Positions 44,864 to 55,383 of a DNA stretch of 64,000 bases are shown here, one piece after another. This stretch comes from Bdellovibrionota bacterium. GTDB lineage: Bacteria > Bdellovibrionota_C > UBA2361 > JBGSMV01. A program made the position numbers and the translations under genes. The stretch is taken from assembly GCA_041739995.1 (NCBI GenBank), contig JBGSMV010000026.1:46699-110698 (forward strand), written 5' to 3'. The notes under the pieces are model-generated. The model was not told where the DNA came from. It made no database searches and was given only the letters and a program-made list of their open reading frames with translations. The stretch's first letter is position 1, and each line of letters begins with the position of its first letter.

Positions 44864-45049
44864 GTGGCGAAAAAGTGTTTACGACTAAAGGCTGAGGCAA
44901 AACCGAAGTTCGCGGTAAGAGCGTATACCCGTTGTCAGGTATGTGGTAGGCCGCGTTCGGTGTATCGCAAGTTCAAGCTTTGCCGCATCTGTCTCCGACA
45001 ATTTGCGCATCGAGGGATGATACCAGGAATGATTAAGGCTAGCTGGTAG
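44864..45049 (+). CDS. rpsZ: 30S ribosomal protein S14, short zinc-binding type
   Basis: [18 protein letters not shown], 61 aa. Confidence 0.97.
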   Translation: MAKKCLRLKAEAKPKFAVRAYTRCQVCGRPRSVYRKFKLCRICLRQFAHRGMIPGMIKASW

Positions 45050-45186
45050 GCAGTTCGGTTGAGTTCGCGAAAGTGAGATTCAATCGTTAGGGAAGATTTT
45101 GATTCGTAGTAAAAATGAGTGGCGTCTAGGTCTCTTTCGACTCGGCGCCACAAAACGAGAAGTCTTAGGGTAATGAAGGTGTTGAG

Positions 45187-45588
45187 ATGGTAACTGATAC
45201 GATTGCTGACTGCCTCACAAGGATTCGCAATGCACAGCGCGCTGGTCACAAGGCCACGAAGATACCGTGCGCAAAGCAGGTGTACGCGTTGCTTGAGGTG
45301 CTGACGCGCGAGGGTTTTATCGAAGGCTTTGAGCGCAGGGCGGGAGAGAAGCCAAAGGATGCGGTTTTTGAGATTTTTCTCAAGTACTTTGGTCCAGGCG
45401 AACCGCTCATCACGATGCTTAACAGGGTCAGCAAGCCTGGTCGTCGAGTGTATTGCGGATACAATGATCTTTCCAAAGTAAAAGCCGGACTTGGAATTAG
45501 CGTACTTTCAACCTCCGAAGGGCTTATGTCGGATCGTGAAGCGCGCCGACGAAAGCTCGGTGGAGAAGTATTAGCGCAGGTCGCATAA
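45187..45588 (+). CDS. rpsH: 30S ribosomal protein S8
   Basis: DTIADCLTRIRNA, SKPGRRVY, STSEG. Confidence 0.98.
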   Translation: MVTDTIADCLTRIRNAQRAGHKATKIPCAKQVYALLEVLTREGFIEGFERRAGEKPKDAVFEIFLKYFGPGEPLITMLNRVSKPGRRVYCGYNDLSKVKAGLGISVLSTSEGLMSDREARRRKLGGEVLAQVA

Positions 45589-45641
45589 CTACGAAGCGGT
45601 GAAAGCGTTGATATAGACGCAACAGAATTAAGGATTGAGAT

Positions 45642-46178
45642 ATGTCCAGAATTGGCAAAGCAGCAATAACGCTCCCGCAGGGAGTTAAAGTGGCAATCTC
45701 TGGTGCTCGAGTAAATGTCGAGGGACCAAGGGGAAAGTTGCACTATGACGCGAGCCGCGATCTTAAGGTCGTGCTGAACGGTTCGGTAGTGAGTGTTGAG
45801 CTGGTGAAAGACACTCCCGAGAGTCGCGCAGTGTGGGGATCTACGCGCGCGCACTTGAACAACATGGTGTTGGGCGTCAGCACTGGTTGGAAGCGAACAC
45901 TCGAGCTCAACGGGGTTGGTTACGTAGCGAAGGTTCAAGGACCAAAGCTCGTACTTGCCGTAGGTTTCTCACATGATGTCGAGATGGTGATTCCTACCAG
46001 CATTAAGTGTGTGGTGACCAAGAATCAACTAGATATGGAGTCTGTGGATCGAGAAGAGCTTGGCACCTTCGCAGCAAAGATTCGCAAAGTGCAGCCACCT
46101 GAGCCGTATCTCGGAAAGGGCATTAAATATTCTGATGAAGTAATCCGTCGTAAGGCAGGTAAAACAGGTAAGAAGTAA
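45642..46178 (+). CDS. rplF: 50S ribosomal protein L6
   Basis: MSRIGK, PEPYLGKGI, RKAGK. Confidence 0.98.
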   Translation: MSRIGKAAITLPQGVKVAISGARVNVEGPRGKLHYDASRDLKVVLNGSVVSVELVKDTPESRAVWGSTRAHLNNMVLGVSTGWKRTLELNGVGYVAKVQGPKLVLAVGFSHDVEMVIPTSIKCVVTKNQLDMESVDREELGTFAAKIRKVQPPEPYLGKGIKYSDEVIRRKAGKTGKK

Positions 46179-46252
46179 TTTGTTAATATCTCAGTATTAA
46201 TATCGCAGGCCCATTTTGGGATTGCGGTACAGTGACGCTATCAGGTGAGACT

Positions 46253-46711
46253 ATGGCCATTAAGTCAAAAAAATTGCGACTCAGTTCGCGAGAGAAGAAC
46301 AAGTTCAGAATTCGCAAGAAGGCGGTAGGAACGGCTGAGCGACCACGCTTAAGCGTGTTTCGCAGTGGAAAACACACCTATGCTCAGCTGATTTCTGATG
46401 AGTCTGGCGTGACCCTTGCGGCCACTTCTACCCGTGACAGCGAAGTTGCGGCAGCGATTCCACAGGCGATTGCGGCGTTTGAGAAGAATGCTGCGAAGGA
46501 AGCAAACGGCGAGTCAGCCGACACATTGAATGTGAATGCGACTCGAACTTCGAAGAGTGTGGCTGCTGCGCTTGCAGTGGGCGTAGTGCTCGGAAAGTTG
46601 GCAGTAGACAAGAAGATCACCCAGGTAGTGTTTGATCGTAATGGATTCGTCTATCACGGTCGTATTCGCGCCGTTGCTGAGGGTGCGCGTTCGGCAGGGT
46701 TGAAGTTATAA
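46253..46711 (+). CDS. rplR: 50S ribosomal protein L18 with internal insertion
   Basis: RPRLSVFRS, VFDRNGFVYHGR. Confidence 0.97.
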   Translation: MAIKSKKLRLSSREKNKFRIRKKAVGTAERPRLSVFRSGKHTYAQLISDESGVTLAATSTRDSEVAAAIPQAIAAFEKNAAKEANGESADTLNVNATRTSKSVAAALAVGVVLGKLAVDKKITQVVFDRNGFVYHGRIRAVAEGARSAGLKL

Positions 46712-46748
46712 GAGTTTAAGAGTTCAGTTTAAAAGTCAGTGGGGTTCC

Positions 46749-47285
46749 ATGTCATTGCATGATCGTTTGTACCGACGCCGAGTCAGAATTGATGAGTGTG
46801 GCGAGGTAAAGGACAAGACCGTCAATATTAGCCGAACCGCAAAAGTGGTGAAGGGCGGACGACGTTTTGGGTTTAGTGCCTTAATTATTGCTGGCGATGG
46901 CCGAGGGCATGTTGGTTATGGCCTTGGAAAGTCTAATGAGGTTCCGGATGCGATCCGTAAGGGCGGCGAGCAGGCTCACAAGAGCATGATTCGCGTACCG
47001 CTTAAGGGCTCGACCATTCCTCATGATGTCGTAGGAAAATTTGGACCTACGTCAATCATGATTAAGCCTGGCTCGCCTGGTACTGGCGTTATCGCAGGAT
47101 CGGCTGTGCGTATTATTCTGGAAGCAGTGGGAGTGAAGGACATTCGCACCAAGATCACTGGTTCTAGTAACCCGTACAACGTGTTGTATGCGACTTTCAA
47201 TGCGCTTTTGGCCCTCAGAGAGCCAGAGTTCATCGCATCGGGAAGAAATGCTTCTCTGGAAGAACTTGGATACGCACCTTATTAA
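46749..47285 (+). CDS. rpsE: 30S ribosomal protein S5
   Basis: KVVKGGRRF, GTGVIAG. Confidence 0.98.
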   Translation: MSLHDRLYRRRVRIDECGEVKDKTVNISRTAKVVKGGRRFGFSALIIAGDGRGHVGYGLGKSNEVPDAIRKGGEQAHKSMIRVPLKGSTIPHDVVGKFGPTSIMIKPGSPGTGVIAGSAVRIILEAVGVKDIRTKITGSSNPYNVLYATFNALLALREPEFIASGRNASLEELGYAPY

Positions 47286-47314
47286 GAATCTATAGCAAGA
47301 AGTTAAGAGGTCTC

Positions 47315-47557
47315 ATGAGCACTCAAGAAAGCAGCGAGAAAGGAACGAAACAAAAGTCAGCGAAGCAGCCTGCTGTCGGTCGACGTGTGCTCGTGCGCCA
47401 AACCCGTGGCCTAAGTGGGCGGGGACAGGACACCCTCGGCACTATGCGGGCTTTGGGCCTTGGTCGTATCGGACAGTCTCGAGAAGTGGTTATCAACCCA
47501 GCGGTTGCGGGAATGATTCGAAAGGTATCTCACCTCGTGGTGGTGGAATCTGTATAA
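47315..47557 (+). CDS. rpmD: 50S ribosomal protein L30
   Basis: ALGL, GMIRKVSHLV; between rpsE and rplO. Confidence 0.93.
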   Translation: MSTQESSEKGTKQKSAKQPAVGRRVLVRQTRGLSGRGQDTLGTMRALGLGRIGQSREVVINPAVAGMIRKVSHLVVVESV

Positions 47558-47625
47558 TTCTTGAGGAAGTGTAAAACAGTACTCCTCATTTTTGTGTATT
47601 TTTGAATTTGTTCGGACGGAAATCT

Positions 47626-48099
47626 ATGAGAACTCTGAAGCTCTCGACACTTAAAGCTCCTCGTGGCGCACGACATGTAAAGAAGCGCGTGGGGTTCGGC
47701 GAATCTTCGGGTCATGGAAAGACCAGTAGCCACGGCGGTAAGGGACAGACGGCCCGTACCGGTGGTGGTGTGCGCTCTGGGTTCGAAGGTGGACAGATGC
47801 CGCTTTATCGTAGAATCCCAAAGCTTGGGTTTCGCTCTCAAGGCAAGGTCATCGGAAGCACCTCATGGGCCGTAGTGAATCTTGCGACCTTGGAGAAGCT
47901 TCCCGAGGGGCAGGTCATCGACGAAGCTCTTTTGCGGAGCCAAGGTTTCGTTCAGGATTCTCACCAGCATCGTGGCGTGAAGGTTCTAGGCGATGGCAAT
48001 CTAACCAAGAAGGTTTCAGTGCGCGTTCACGCTGTCTCTGAGTCCGCTCGAAAGAAGATTGAAGCAGCCGGCGGCTCAGTAGAGATACTCGCGTCCTAA
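47626..48099 (+). CDS. rplO: 50S ribosomal protein L15
   Basis: GFEGGQMPLYRRIPK, KIEAAGG. Confidence 0.98.
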   Translation: MRTLKLSTLKAPRGARHVKKRVGFGESSGHGKTSSHGGKGQTARTGGGVRSGFEGGQMPLYRRIPKLGFRSQGKVIGSTSWAVVNLATLEKLPEGQVIDEALLRSQGFVQDSHQHRGVKVLGDGNLTKKVSVRVHAVSESARKKIEAAGGSVEILAS

Positions 48100-48292
48100 C
48101 GCCGAGTCTCTTACTTGTTTGGATAACGGACAAATCGCGTCCATTTGACGCCCGTTCCGGGTGGTGAAGCCTTCCCTTTTTTGCAGCAGCAGTTCTCGTC
48201 GATTACCGCGTCGCCCGGGCTCGTTTTGCCGCGGCGATCTGCGTCCTAGGAGTCTGTGGCATAGACACAGACGACGACGTCCCGCCGACTTG

Positions 48293-48348
48293 TCCGCCGA
48301 AGCTTTCCTATCCTCCGTAGCCTTCGCGAACGAGGAAGCGAAGGGGGA
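48293..48348. repeat. REP-like palindrome, intact copy
   Basis: TCCGCCGAAGC..GTAG-CCTTCGC-N10-GCGAAGG; 48321-48344 is the exact reverse complement of 63840-63863. Confidence 0.75.
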
Positions 48349-48686
48349 AGCCCGCTTGGATTAAATGGTAGTATAGGCACATGCGAGCGAGGCGGACCCT
48401 AATCGACAAGGCTGTGTCACAGACGCCTGGCGCTTCTTGCAGCGTGGAGCAAGAGGGCCTCCCAGTGACACGGCAATTCAAGATTTTCTTTGTCGTGGAG
48501 CGCCCCAAATGCGATCGTTCATCCTTGAGCGCTGAGGATGGCTGTGCGATTACTTACAGCTGAAAATCCGGTGAAGCTATTGCTCAGCTCTTGGATAATT
48601 GGGGCGATGATTTGATGAGGCGGGAGCGGTGCTCCCGTGCCATACAACTTCGTTCTTTATGAGCTCCTTAATACTTGGATAGATCT

Positions 48687-50027
48687 ATGATTGGCGGCAT
48701 TGGTGAGATTGGAAAAATTCCTGAGCTTCGTCGGAGAGTTCTCTTCTCTCTGGCACTTTTGGCGGTGTATCGACTTGGGGTCCACGTCTCAACCCCGGGC
48801 ATAAACATAGATGCGATTCGCGCAATGTTCGAAGGTCAACAAGGTACTTTGTTTGGCCTCATCAATTTATTCTCGGGTGGAGCGCTCGAGCATTTTTCCA
48901 TTTTCACTCTTGGAATCGCACCGTACATTTCGGTCTCGATTATTATCCAGGTACTGACTCCCACCATTCCTGCGCTTGATGCACTTAAAAAAGAGGGAGA
49001 AGCGGGACGAAGAATTCTTACCCGCTACACACGGCAAGCGACGATTCTTCTTGCACTAGTGCAGTCCTTTGCCATTGCGCAAGGGCTTGAGGCTCAAGGG
49101 CTCGCGGCTGCGCCGGGGTGGATGTTCCGATTGACCACCATGGCAACACTAACTGCAGGTACCTCTTTCATCATGTGGTTGGGTGAGCAAATTACTGAGA
49201 AGGGAATTGGGAACGGAATCAGCATCATTATTTTTGCTGGTATCGTCGCGAGAATGCCCTCTGTCTTGGTGCAGACTATCGAACAGTCACGCACGGGCGA
49301 TATCACCTGGCTGGCCATGTTGGCGATGTTGGCTCTTGCAGTCGCTACTATCTACGGCATTGTTTACGTTGAACGTTCAATGCGCAGAATTCCGATACAG
49401 TATCCGCGGCGGAGTGTGGGGCGGCAGGCCACACAGGCTCAGACTCAATATCTTCCTCTTAAAGTTAATATGGCGGGTGTTATTCCACCGATCTTTGCTT
49501 CGGCGATCATCGTGGTACCGCTTACGTTCGCTTCGTTCAGCACACTTGAGCCCGTTCAAGATTTAGCGGCTTATTTGCAGCACGGAACCTGGAGTTACTC
49601 TCTGATCTTTGTCGCGCTGGTAATTCTATTTTGTTACTTTTACACCGCGATCATTTTCAACCCAGATGAAGTAGCCGAAAACTTAAAGAAGAACGGCGGC
49701 TTTGTGCCGACGGTAAGACCAGGCAAGCAAACCAGTGAATATCTGTATGGTGTGCTCAACCGTCTAACTTTTTGGGGATCTATTTACATCGCACTGGTGT
49801 GTATCATCCCGGACATTGCGTATCTTTATCTTGGCGCTCCCGCCTTCGCGGCCGTTTTTGGTGGGACTGCGATTTTGATCGTAGTAGGTGTGACGCTCGA
49901 CACTGCGTCGCAGATTGAAAATCACGTACTGGCGAAGAATTATGAAGCCTTCATGCAGAAGGGCTCCAAGAGTTTAGGGGGAGCGGGTTCTGCCAACTAC
50001 ACACGTGCGCGTCTATTGAGGAAATAA
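48687..50027 (+). CDS. secY: Preprotein translocase subunit SecY
   Basis: FSGGAL, LGIAPYI, GIGNGIS, RPGKQT, GGTAILIVVGV. Confidence 0.99.
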   Translation: MIGGIGEIGKIPELRRRVLFSLALLAVYRLGVHVSTPGINIDAIRAMFEGQQGTLFGLINLFSGGALEHFSIFTLGIAPYISVSIIIQVLTPTIPALDALKKEGEAGRRILTRYTRQATILLALVQSFAIAQGLEAQGLAAAPGWMFRLTTMATLTAGTSFIMWLGEQITEKGIGNGISIIIFAGIVARMPSVLVQTIEQSRTGDITWLAMLAMLALAVATIYGIVYVERSMRRIPIQYPRRSVGRQATQAQTQYLPLKVNMAGVIPPIFASAIIVVPLTFASFSTLEPVQDLAAYLQHGTWSYSLIFVALVILFCYFYTAIIFNPDEVAENLKKNGGFVPTVRPGKQTSEYLYGVLNRLTFWGSIYIALVCIIPDIAYLYLGAPAFAAVFGGTAILIVVGVTLDTASQIENHVLAKNYEAFMQKGSKSLGGAGSANYTRARLLRK

Positions 50028-50030
50028 ACG

Positions 50031-50597
50031 ATGCTTAGGGTTGTATTTCTTGGTGCTCCTGGATCGGGAAAGGGCACACAGGCAGTTTTCCTTTCAGAAG
50101 CAAAGGGCATTCCGCATATATCTACCGGCGAAATGATGCGCCAGGCGGTAGCCGAAGGTTCCGCGCTTGGGCAAAAGGTGAAGGGATTTCTCGACCGAGG
50201 CGAGCTTGTTCCAGATCAGGTAGTGCTCGATGTCATTCGTGCTCGTCTTGGTGCTAAAGACTGCCAGTCAGGATTCCTTCTCGACGGCTACCCTCGTACG
50301 GTTCCGCAGGTGACTCAGCTGGACACCATGTTATCCGAGAGCGGACAACAACTGACTGTTGCCCTGCACCTTCTAGTCCCTGAGGACGTCTTGGTGGATC
50401 GCATTAAGGCTCGTGGAGCTGCCGGGTCGGGGAGAAGTGACGACCAGGGCCAAGTGGCTTTGCACCGCTTGAAGGTTTTTCTTGAGCAAACTGCTCCTGC
50501 CATAGAGCAATATCGCAGTCGGGAAATCTATAAAGAGATCAACGGGTTGGGAACGATTGAAGAAGTTCGAGCCCGAGTCCTGGCCGCTTTGAAGTAG
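50031..50597 (+). CDS. adk: Adenylate kinase, short form lacking the long LID
   Basis: GAPGSGKGTQA, HISTG, LDGYPRT, GRSDD. Confidence 0.97.
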   Translation: MLRVVFLGAPGSGKGTQAVFLSEAKGIPHISTGEMMRQAVAEGSALGQKVKGFLDRGELVPDQVVLDVIRARLGAKDCQSGFLLDGYPRTVPQVTQLDTMLSESGQQLTVALHLLVPEDVLVDRIKARGAAGSGRSDDQGQVALHRLKVFLEQTAPAIEQYRSREIYKEINGLGTIEEVRARVLAALK

Positions 50598-50897
50598 GAC
50601 CTGCTTCGAGGGAAGGCGCATTTTCACGCTTTTTGCCCGTATTTCTGCGATTTTACAGTTTTTCAGGTCCGATCCGCTCAACAAAGCGGGTGCAGCGGCA
50701 GTGCCAAATAGGCTTCTTCCTCAGGGTTTTCACGGTGAAAACCTCTCGTAGCGGGGAATTCTAAGCCAGATCTGAACATTTCTTTCAGATTTCTTCTCAA
50801 GATCTAGGTTAGTCCTGGCCCCGCCTTGAGATCGAGCCCGAAAGTATGTATTTTCCAGCGCTCTAGACTATTCTCGCGAGAGGATGGTTAGAGGGCA

Positions 50898-50948
50898 GTG
50901 CTGCTTGAATTGCCGTGTTGCTTGAGTTGCCGTGTTGCTTGAGATGCC
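50898..50948. repeat. 17-bp tandem repeat, 3 copies (GTGTTGCTTGAGTTGCC)
   Basis: Units at 50898, 50915, 50932. Confidence 0.9.
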
Positions 50949-51216
50949 GGCGCACTCTGCTGTTCGAATAGGCTTTTCCAATAAGCTATTCGAGTAAGCT
51001 ATCCGCGTAATTTCATAGTGTTAGTCGCTTACTGCGTAAGTCGATGTAACCGTAGGAATGTACCCTAGGCTGCGAGTGGCATAGGGGGCGATTTTTTTGT
51101 CGTGTGCATGCTGCTTGGATTGCATGGTGTGAGATAAAATTTTTGACGAGCGAATACCCACGCAGGGATGATTCGTGAGGTTCTCGAAATATATTCGATT
51201 TTTTGGAGAGTGAAGT

Positions 51217-51333
51217 ATGAAAGTGCGAGCGTCGGTGAAGCCGATATGCGGCTACTGCAAAGTAGTTCGCAGACACGGAAAAGTATTGGTTACTTGCAAG
51301 AGGACTCCAAAGCACAAGCAACGACAGGGGTAG
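51217..51333 (+). CDS. rpmJ: 50S ribosomal protein L36 (absent from the ORF track)
   Basis: Translated by hand: [38 protein letters not shown]. Confidence 0.97.
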   Translation: MKVRASVKPICGYCKVVRRHGKVLVTCKRTPKHKQRQG

Positions 51334-51493
51334 TGCGCTGCAGTTATTTTTTGCTTGAATATTTTCTGCTTGAAGAGGCTGAGCATAATAAGGCTCCAGT
51401 AAACGAAAGCTCTAGTAGAAGAAACTTAAAGTGAAAGCGCAAAGAGAAATTTCGATTTGAATTTGTGAATTAGGTCAAGAGTAGGAAGAAGTC

Positions 51494-51877
51494 ATGCCTC
51501 GTATAGCTGGAATAGATCTACCGCGGAACAAAACTGTGCTTCACGCATTGCCATACATCTTCGGCATTGGAGCAACTCGTTCGCGAGAGATTCTTGAAGA
51601 AGCGAAAATTCCGCTGGTGGTCAGAAGTGACGACCTGACTGAAGAGCAGATTGCCAAGATCCGTAGCATTATCGAAAGAAGTTTTAAGGTTGAAGGTGAT
51701 CTTCGACGAGACATTCAGATGTCGGTGAAGCGACTGATGGATCTTGGTTGCTACCGAGGACTTCGGCATCGAAAAGGTTTGCCTGCAAGAGGGCAGCGAA
51801 CCCGTACAAATTCTAGAACTAGAAAGGGGCCACGTAAGGCGCCGGTAGCTGGTAAGAAGATTGCTACCAAGAAGTAA
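51494..51877 (+). CDS. rpsM: 30S ribosomal protein S13
   Basis: [27 protein letters not shown]. Confidence 0.98.
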   Translation: MPRIAGIDLPRNKTVLHALPYIFGIGATRSREILEEAKIPLVVRSDDLTEEQIAKIRSIIERSFKVEGDLRRDIQMSVKRLMDLGCYRGLRHRKGLPARGQRTRTNSRTRKGPRKAPVAGKKIATKK

Positions 51878-51910
51878 ATATTGAACACATAGAGTTCTTT
51901 GGAGTGAGAA

Positions 51911-52324
51911 GTGGCAGAAGCAGAATCAAAAACTTCGTCTAGCGCGACGACGGCAAAAAAGAAGAAAGCTAAGCGAAATGTGCCCGTTGGTATCGCGCAT
52001 ATTCATGCGACATTTAACAACACCATCGTGACCATTACCGACCCAAGTGGACAGGTCGTGGCATGGTCGAGCTCGGGCGCCAATGGTTTCAAGGGCTCTC
52101 GCAAATCGACTCCATTCGCTGCTCAGGTAGCGGGAGAGGTTGCTGCACGAAAGGCTAAGGACCTCGGCATGCGGGCGGTTAGTGTTTTGGTTCGTGGGCC
52201 AGGTTCAGGACGCGAATCTGCTTTGAGAGCCATTCATCTTGCGGGACTTTCGGTGAGCTCCATTCGTGACTGCACGCCGGTGCCGCATAATGGATGCCGT
52301 CCTCGTAAGAGCAGAAGAGTTTAA
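51911..52324 (+). CDS. rpsK: 30S ribosomal protein S11
   Basis: [27 protein letters not shown]. Confidence 0.98.
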   Translation: MAEAESKTSSSATTAKKKKAKRNVPVGIAHIHATFNNTIVTITDPSGQVVAWSSSGANGFKGSRKSTPFAAQVAGEVAARKAKDLGMRAVSVLVRGPGSGRESALRAIHLAGLSVSSIRDCTPVPHNGCRPRKSRRV

Positions 52325-52469
52325 GCGATCTTGTTGGAAGTAAAGATTTTAGATTTTGACTTTGAGGTTCCGTCGTTGAGGCTGTGACAGAAGTATTGGG
52401 AAGCGTGTCGTGATAGACGCTCCAATTCTGTAGGGTCGAACAGGAACTGCTTAGGGAGAGAAAAGTTAC

Positions 52470-53096
52470 ATGGCGCGTTATTGTGGAGCTGTATGCCGTT
52501 TTTGTCGGCGAGAAGGAGAGAAGCTTTTTCTCAAGGGCGAAAGGTGTTTTACCAACAAGTGTGCAATCGAGCGAAGAGAAGGCGGGCCTGGACAGCACGG
52601 TCGAGGGCGACAGTCTTTTTCTGAATACAAGGTTCAGCTTCGAGAGAAGCAGAAGACCAAGAGAATCTACGGATTGCTTGAGCGTGGTTTCCGTCTTGCT
52701 TATCAGCGCGCGGCCACCAAGAAAGGCGTCACTGGTTCTCAGCTCCTTGTCGGCCTTGAGCGCCGCTTGGATAATGTCACGTTTCGACTTGGGTTCGCAT
52801 ACTCGCGCCGTCAGGCCCGACAGATCGTTCGCCATGGTCTGATGTTGGTGAATGGACGCAAAGTGGCATTGCCAGGGTATGAAGTGAATGTGGGAGATGT
52901 AGTTGAGGTAGTGGAGGGCAAGAAGAAGCATCCAGGAATCTCTGCATCGATGGATTTTGCGACCAGTCGTATCATTCCTGAGTGGTTGTCGCTTGATAAG
53001 GGTCTTACTAAAGGGACCATCCTATCAATGCCGTCACGAGAGATGATTACTCAGTCGCTCAACGAACAACTCATTGTTGAGCATTATTCGCGTTAG
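52470..53096 (+). CDS. rpsD: 30S ribosomal protein S4
   Basis: Cys-rich N-terminus, LERRLDNV, IVEHYSR. Confidence 0.98.
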   Translation: MARYCGAVCRFCRREGEKLFLKGERCFTNKCAIERREGGPGQHGRGRQSFSEYKVQLREKQKTKRIYGLLERGFRLAYQRAATKKGVTGSQLLVGLERRLDNVTFRLGFAYSRRQARQIVRHGLMLVNGRKVALPGYEVNVGDVVEVVEGKKKHPGISASMDFATSRIIPEWLSLDKGLTKGTILSMPSREMITQSLNEQLIVEHYSR

Positions 53097-53203
53097 TGAG
53101 CAGTTCGTTTGTCTTTGCCCCGCTTTTTGGCAGAGGCAGAGACGAGACGCTAAGAGCGATTTGGGTCTATTGAAGCAGTAAGTTTTTGAGTCAGAGAGGC
53201 ACC

Positions 53204-54220
53204 ATGAGAAGAATTTATCTCCGAGATCTTATTAAGCCAAAGAGAGTTGAGATTGAAGGGGGAACCCCAGACAGTCGATACGGAAAGTTTATTGCTGAAC
53301 CGCTTGAGCGCGGATTTGGTCTTACTCTTGGTACTACGCTTCGGCGAGTGCTGCTCTCTTCATTGCAAGGGGCGGCTATTACTTCGATGCAGATTGATTC
53401 AGTCATGCACGAGTTTTCTTCTATCGCGGGAGTGGTTGAAGATGTAACCGAAGTGGTTCTTAACCTCAAAGAGGTGGTTGTCACCTTGGATGAGAAGGAC
53501 GAAGCCCACTTGAAGATTGAGGCGACAGGCCCGTGTGTAGTTAAGGCCGGAATGCTTCAGGGGGATCCTGCCGTGCGAGTGGTGAATCCAGAAGCGCATG
53601 TGGCGACCCTATCTGCTGGTGCAAGCCTCAAGATGGACGTCACTGTTCGCGTAGGTCGCGGGTACGTCACTGCGGAAAAGAACAAGGTAGAAGGCGCCCC
53701 AATGGGAACCGTCTTCCTTGACGCGCTCTTTTCCCCAATTCGTCGCGTAAATATTAACGTCACAAACGCTCGTGTCGGACAAAGAACCGATTACGATAAG
53801 CTCACCATGGAAGTCTGGACCAACGGAGCCGTTGATCCTCGTTCTGCCATTGCTGAAGCATCTCGCATTGTGGTCGATCAACTCGGCATGTTCTTCGGCG
53901 ACGAAGTGATTGTTGAGCGTGAGGAAGCCAAGAGTGATGAGCCGAAGAAGCGTCTCAATGATAATCTATTCCGACGAATCGATGAGCTTGAATTGAGCGT
54001 AAGAAGTGCTAACTGCCTTGAGAACGCGGATATCAAGTACATCGGCGAGCTTGTGCAGCGCTCTGAGGCTGAGATGCTTCGTACTAAGAATTTTGGACGT
54101 AAGTCTCTGAACGAGATCAAAGAGATTCTTACAGAAATGGGCCTTGGATTGGGAATGAAGTTAGACAGCTTCCCTTCTCGCAAGGAATTGGATCAGCTTA
54201 AGGAGAGCCCAGAGCACTGA
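53204..54220 (+). CDS. rpoA: RNA polymerase alpha subunit
   Basis: [32 protein letters not shown]. Confidence 0.99.
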   Translation: MRRIYLRDLIKPKRVEIEGGTPDSRYGKFIAEPLERGFGLTLGTTLRRVLLSSLQGAAITSMQIDSVMHEFSSIAGVVEDVTEVVLNLKEVVVTLDEKDEAHLKIEATGPCVVKAGMLQGDPAVRVVNPEAHVATLSAGASLKMDVTVRVGRGYVTAEKNKVEGAPMGTVFLDALFSPIRRVNINVTNARVGQRTDYDKLTMEVWTNGAVDPRSAIAEASRIVVDQLGMFFGDEVIVEREEAKSDEPKKRLNDNLFRRIDELELSVRSANCLENADIKYIGELVQRSEAEMLRTKNFGRKSLNEIKEILTEMGLGLGMKLDSFPSRKELDQLKESPEH

Positions 54221-54373
54221 GAGTTAGGAGCAGGAGTAGGGGCAGCTTTGGGCGCCAAGTAGGCGTTTGAGAATGTTCTGGAGAATTGCTCATAAGCAGT
54301 GGTGAAGCTCTAGTGCGTTTAAGTTCTGTATCAGTGAAGTAGTGACAAGTGAAGTAGTGCTCGGGGTTAATGT

Positions 54374-54895
54374 ATGCGACATCAAAGCGCCTTTCGAAAA
54401 TTTAGCAGAAAACCGGCGCATCGACGTGCCATGTTCCGAAATCTTGCCACCTCTTTGATTGAGAGGGAGAAGTTTGAGACCACGCTGCCTAAGGCGAAGG
54501 ATCTTCGTCGAGTGATCGAGAAGCTTGTCACCTTGGCAAGAACGGATACGCTCGCCAATCGTCGACAGGCCTACAGCTACCTACAGTCAAAGGATTCAGT
54601 TCATAAGCTGTTTGTCGATGTTGCTCCCCGTTACATGGACAGAAAGGGTGGATACACCCGAGTGGTTCGCACCCGAGTGCGTGTTGGTGATGCGGCCGAG
54701 ATGGCGATGATCGAACTAATTCAGGATGACGCACCTAAGGGTGGCCAGGCTGCTGCTGGCAAGACCAAAGCAACTTCTGCGAAAGGAAAGAAGAAGGCTG
54801 CAGGAGCATCCGCTACCGAAAAGTCAGCAACTGGCAAATCGCCTGCTAAGAAAGCAGCACCAAAGAAGGCCAAGGCTGCTGCTGCGAAGAGTTAG
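54374..54895 (+). CDS. rplQ: 50S ribosomal protein L17 with Lys/Ala-rich tail
   Basis: MRH, TTLPKAK, GGYTR, GDAAEMA. Confidence 0.97.
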   Translation: MRHQSAFRKFSRKPAHRRAMFRNLATSLIEREKFETTLPKAKDLRRVIEKLVTLARTDTLANRRQAYSYLQSKDSVHKLFVDVAPRYMDRKGGYTRVVRTRVRVGDAAEMAMIELIQDDAPKGGQAAAGKTKATSAKGKKKAAGASATEKSATGKSPAKKAAPKKAKAAAAKS

Positions 54896-55383
54896 AAAGC
54901 TCGACAGTTAAGTCCTCGCCCCTAGTCGTTAAAGTTAAGCCTCGACCGTGAGGGGGCGTGAGGATTTGCGGCTGAGTTGGCGCGGTTCTATAGCATCAAC
55001 CACTGCCCCAATTCTCGACCCTCGCACCGCATCACATAATTCACTTTCGATGTTATAGGATCTGTTGGCGACATTGGCGCGGGCGGCCGAGCTGGGTTTA
55101 AGATAGAGGAAGTAAGCGCAAAGGCTGGGAACTAATCCTACCAAGGAATTCCGGCCTCTATAGCGTGTAACATAACTTAAGCGAGTTTGAAGTTGAGCGG
55201 GCGCTAATAATCATATTTTTAGTTCCTTGAAACATGGCCCAGGAAGGCCATTTTCCAGCCCTATTTCATGTTACACACTATTTGTTGTTTGGCCTCGCGT
55301 CTGCTCGGCGCATATAGTAGGTCGCGTAGCTTATGCGACCTACTATAAGATCGCAGATCTCGAAAATACGTGGAGGTGCTTCG

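Noticed and set aside
51168..51434. 88 aa ORF from the track
   Set aside because: Out-of-frame shadow of the real rpmJ at 51217-51333
45246..52931. Long antisense ORFs (230 aa at 45246-45938, 250 aa at 52179-52931) and similar ones over rpoBC, fusA and tuf
   Set aside because: Expected shadows of codon bias in conserved genes
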